A model generated the notes under the pieces. It was given only the letters and a program-made list of their open reading frames with translations, made no database searches and was not told where the DNA came from. DNA of 63,898 nt, the filler included, from Octopus bimaculoides (taxonomy: Eukaryota): the NCBI RefSeq assembly GCF_001194135.2. It is 11 parts of 10 records of this genome, joined end to end, with 100 filler letters (N's around TTAATTAATTAA, not from the genome) between each part and the next. Parts side by side here need not be neighbours in the genome. Positions count along the whole stretch, not along the records: positions 62,855 to 63,898 come from NW_026377412.1; 10 more parts are not named here. One strand, 5' to 3'. Positions within the stretch are counted from its first letter, which is position 1; every line of letters starts with the position of its first letter. The position numbers and the translations under genes are program-made. Positions 62,755 to 63,898 of this stretch are shown here, piece after piece.

Positions 62755-63898
62755 NNNNNNNNNNNNNNNNNNNNNNNNNNNNNNNNNNNNNNNNNNNNTT
62801 AATTAATTAANNNNNNNNNNNNNNNNNNNNNNNNNNNNNNNNNNNNNNNNNNNNGGGATCAATACGATTTGCCATATATACACTAGTTGAGTGAATGGTG
62901 TCTTTAACCGACTATTAAGTTCTTGTCTTACGCAAAACTTTGTTCTTCACCATAAACAGCAGTGGAAATGAATTCTAGGTGAAAATATCTGGCATACGTG
63001 TTTGAAATGATATGCCGTAATATTATTCCCCATCACTGCTTGAAATACTTTCTCACTTAATAGCTCCGGCTGGGCGGATAACGTGCTCAATGTGTGAGTA
63101 ATTGTTTACGTATCTCCAAAAGTAGGCGTCGCCCACGAGCAGCTCTTGCATGTCTCCCTCGTATCTGTTTCGGAAAGGACTAATGGGTGTGCCAAACATC
63201 CCGTTGTCCAGTCGGGGACCTCTACAGCTGATTATTCTTCTTCTAACAGAGCTGTCTTTGTTGCATTTTAGGCACCATTAAAATCAGTTAATTTCCTCCG
63301 TATATATATCGCGTTTCCTCCGTATATATTAGATTCTTCTTCTTTTACCAGAGCTGTCTTTGTTGCATTATAGGCACCATTAAAATCAAGTGACGACTTT
63401 AGTGCGTTTGTCTCTTGCTGCAGACGGTTAGTTGCCGAAAATGCCAATCTTTCTAGGCATCACTTGTTTTACCTCGAGTTTGTCATAGCCAGATTTCTTT
63501 TTTTCACAACAAAATGAATTAATCAAACGCCATATCGGATAAAATGGCTTTTAAATATATTTCTAGAGATTTCTTCACTATGTTTTTTACCGTTATTTAC
63601 AAGGACATTATTCAAAAGTACTTTCAAATTTTGTGAATTGTTAAAGTTCTATTTTCTATTGGAGAAACCGTGAGATTTAGCCTGATCAATTTAACTATAT
63701 GCTACATTAACGAATGCGTTTCTTCGAGGAGGAATATATATTGTCTTAAGAGCGAGAGAGGTGACCTAAACAATGGGTGTGTATAGATGTGACAAGTTGT
63801 GATAGGTAGAAATGCAAAATATGAAGTAAATCCCAGCTGAAATATATCTAAATTCCGTTGAAAATACTTTGAAGTTGTAGCAAAGATTTCTCGGCTAA

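Overview
AT-rich, repeat-dense eukaryotic genomic DNA from a draft scaffold with many N gaps, ten of them padded with an artificial N44-TTAATTAATTAA-N44 spacer. The SINE and LINE families and microsatellite content look like those of coleoid cephalopods, probably Octopus (inferred from repeat recognition, not a search). The only firmly identifiable host gene is an AMPA/kainate-type ionotropic glutamate receptor on the minus strand: two in-phase S1 ligand-binding-domain exons at 38067-37855 and 37070-36909. A probable first coding exon of another minus-strand gene (57088-56995, ankyrin-like) lies next to a possibly bidirectional promoter. The rest is mostly transposable-element debris: a near-complete Penelope-like element (RT plus GIY-YIG) with inverted hammerhead-bearing termini, L1/Tx1, R4/Dong-like, RTE and Jockey/CR1-group LINE fragments, Tc1/mariner elements, a Gypsy 3' LTR and at least four SINE families. 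The most notable observation is a recurrent short non-coding element combining a tRNA-like Pol III head, an (AAT)n spacer and a minimal hammerhead ribozyme. It occurs as head-to-head inverted pairs at three loci, which suggests a Penelope-mobilised, ribozyme-carrying SINE. All motif and homology calls were made by eye.
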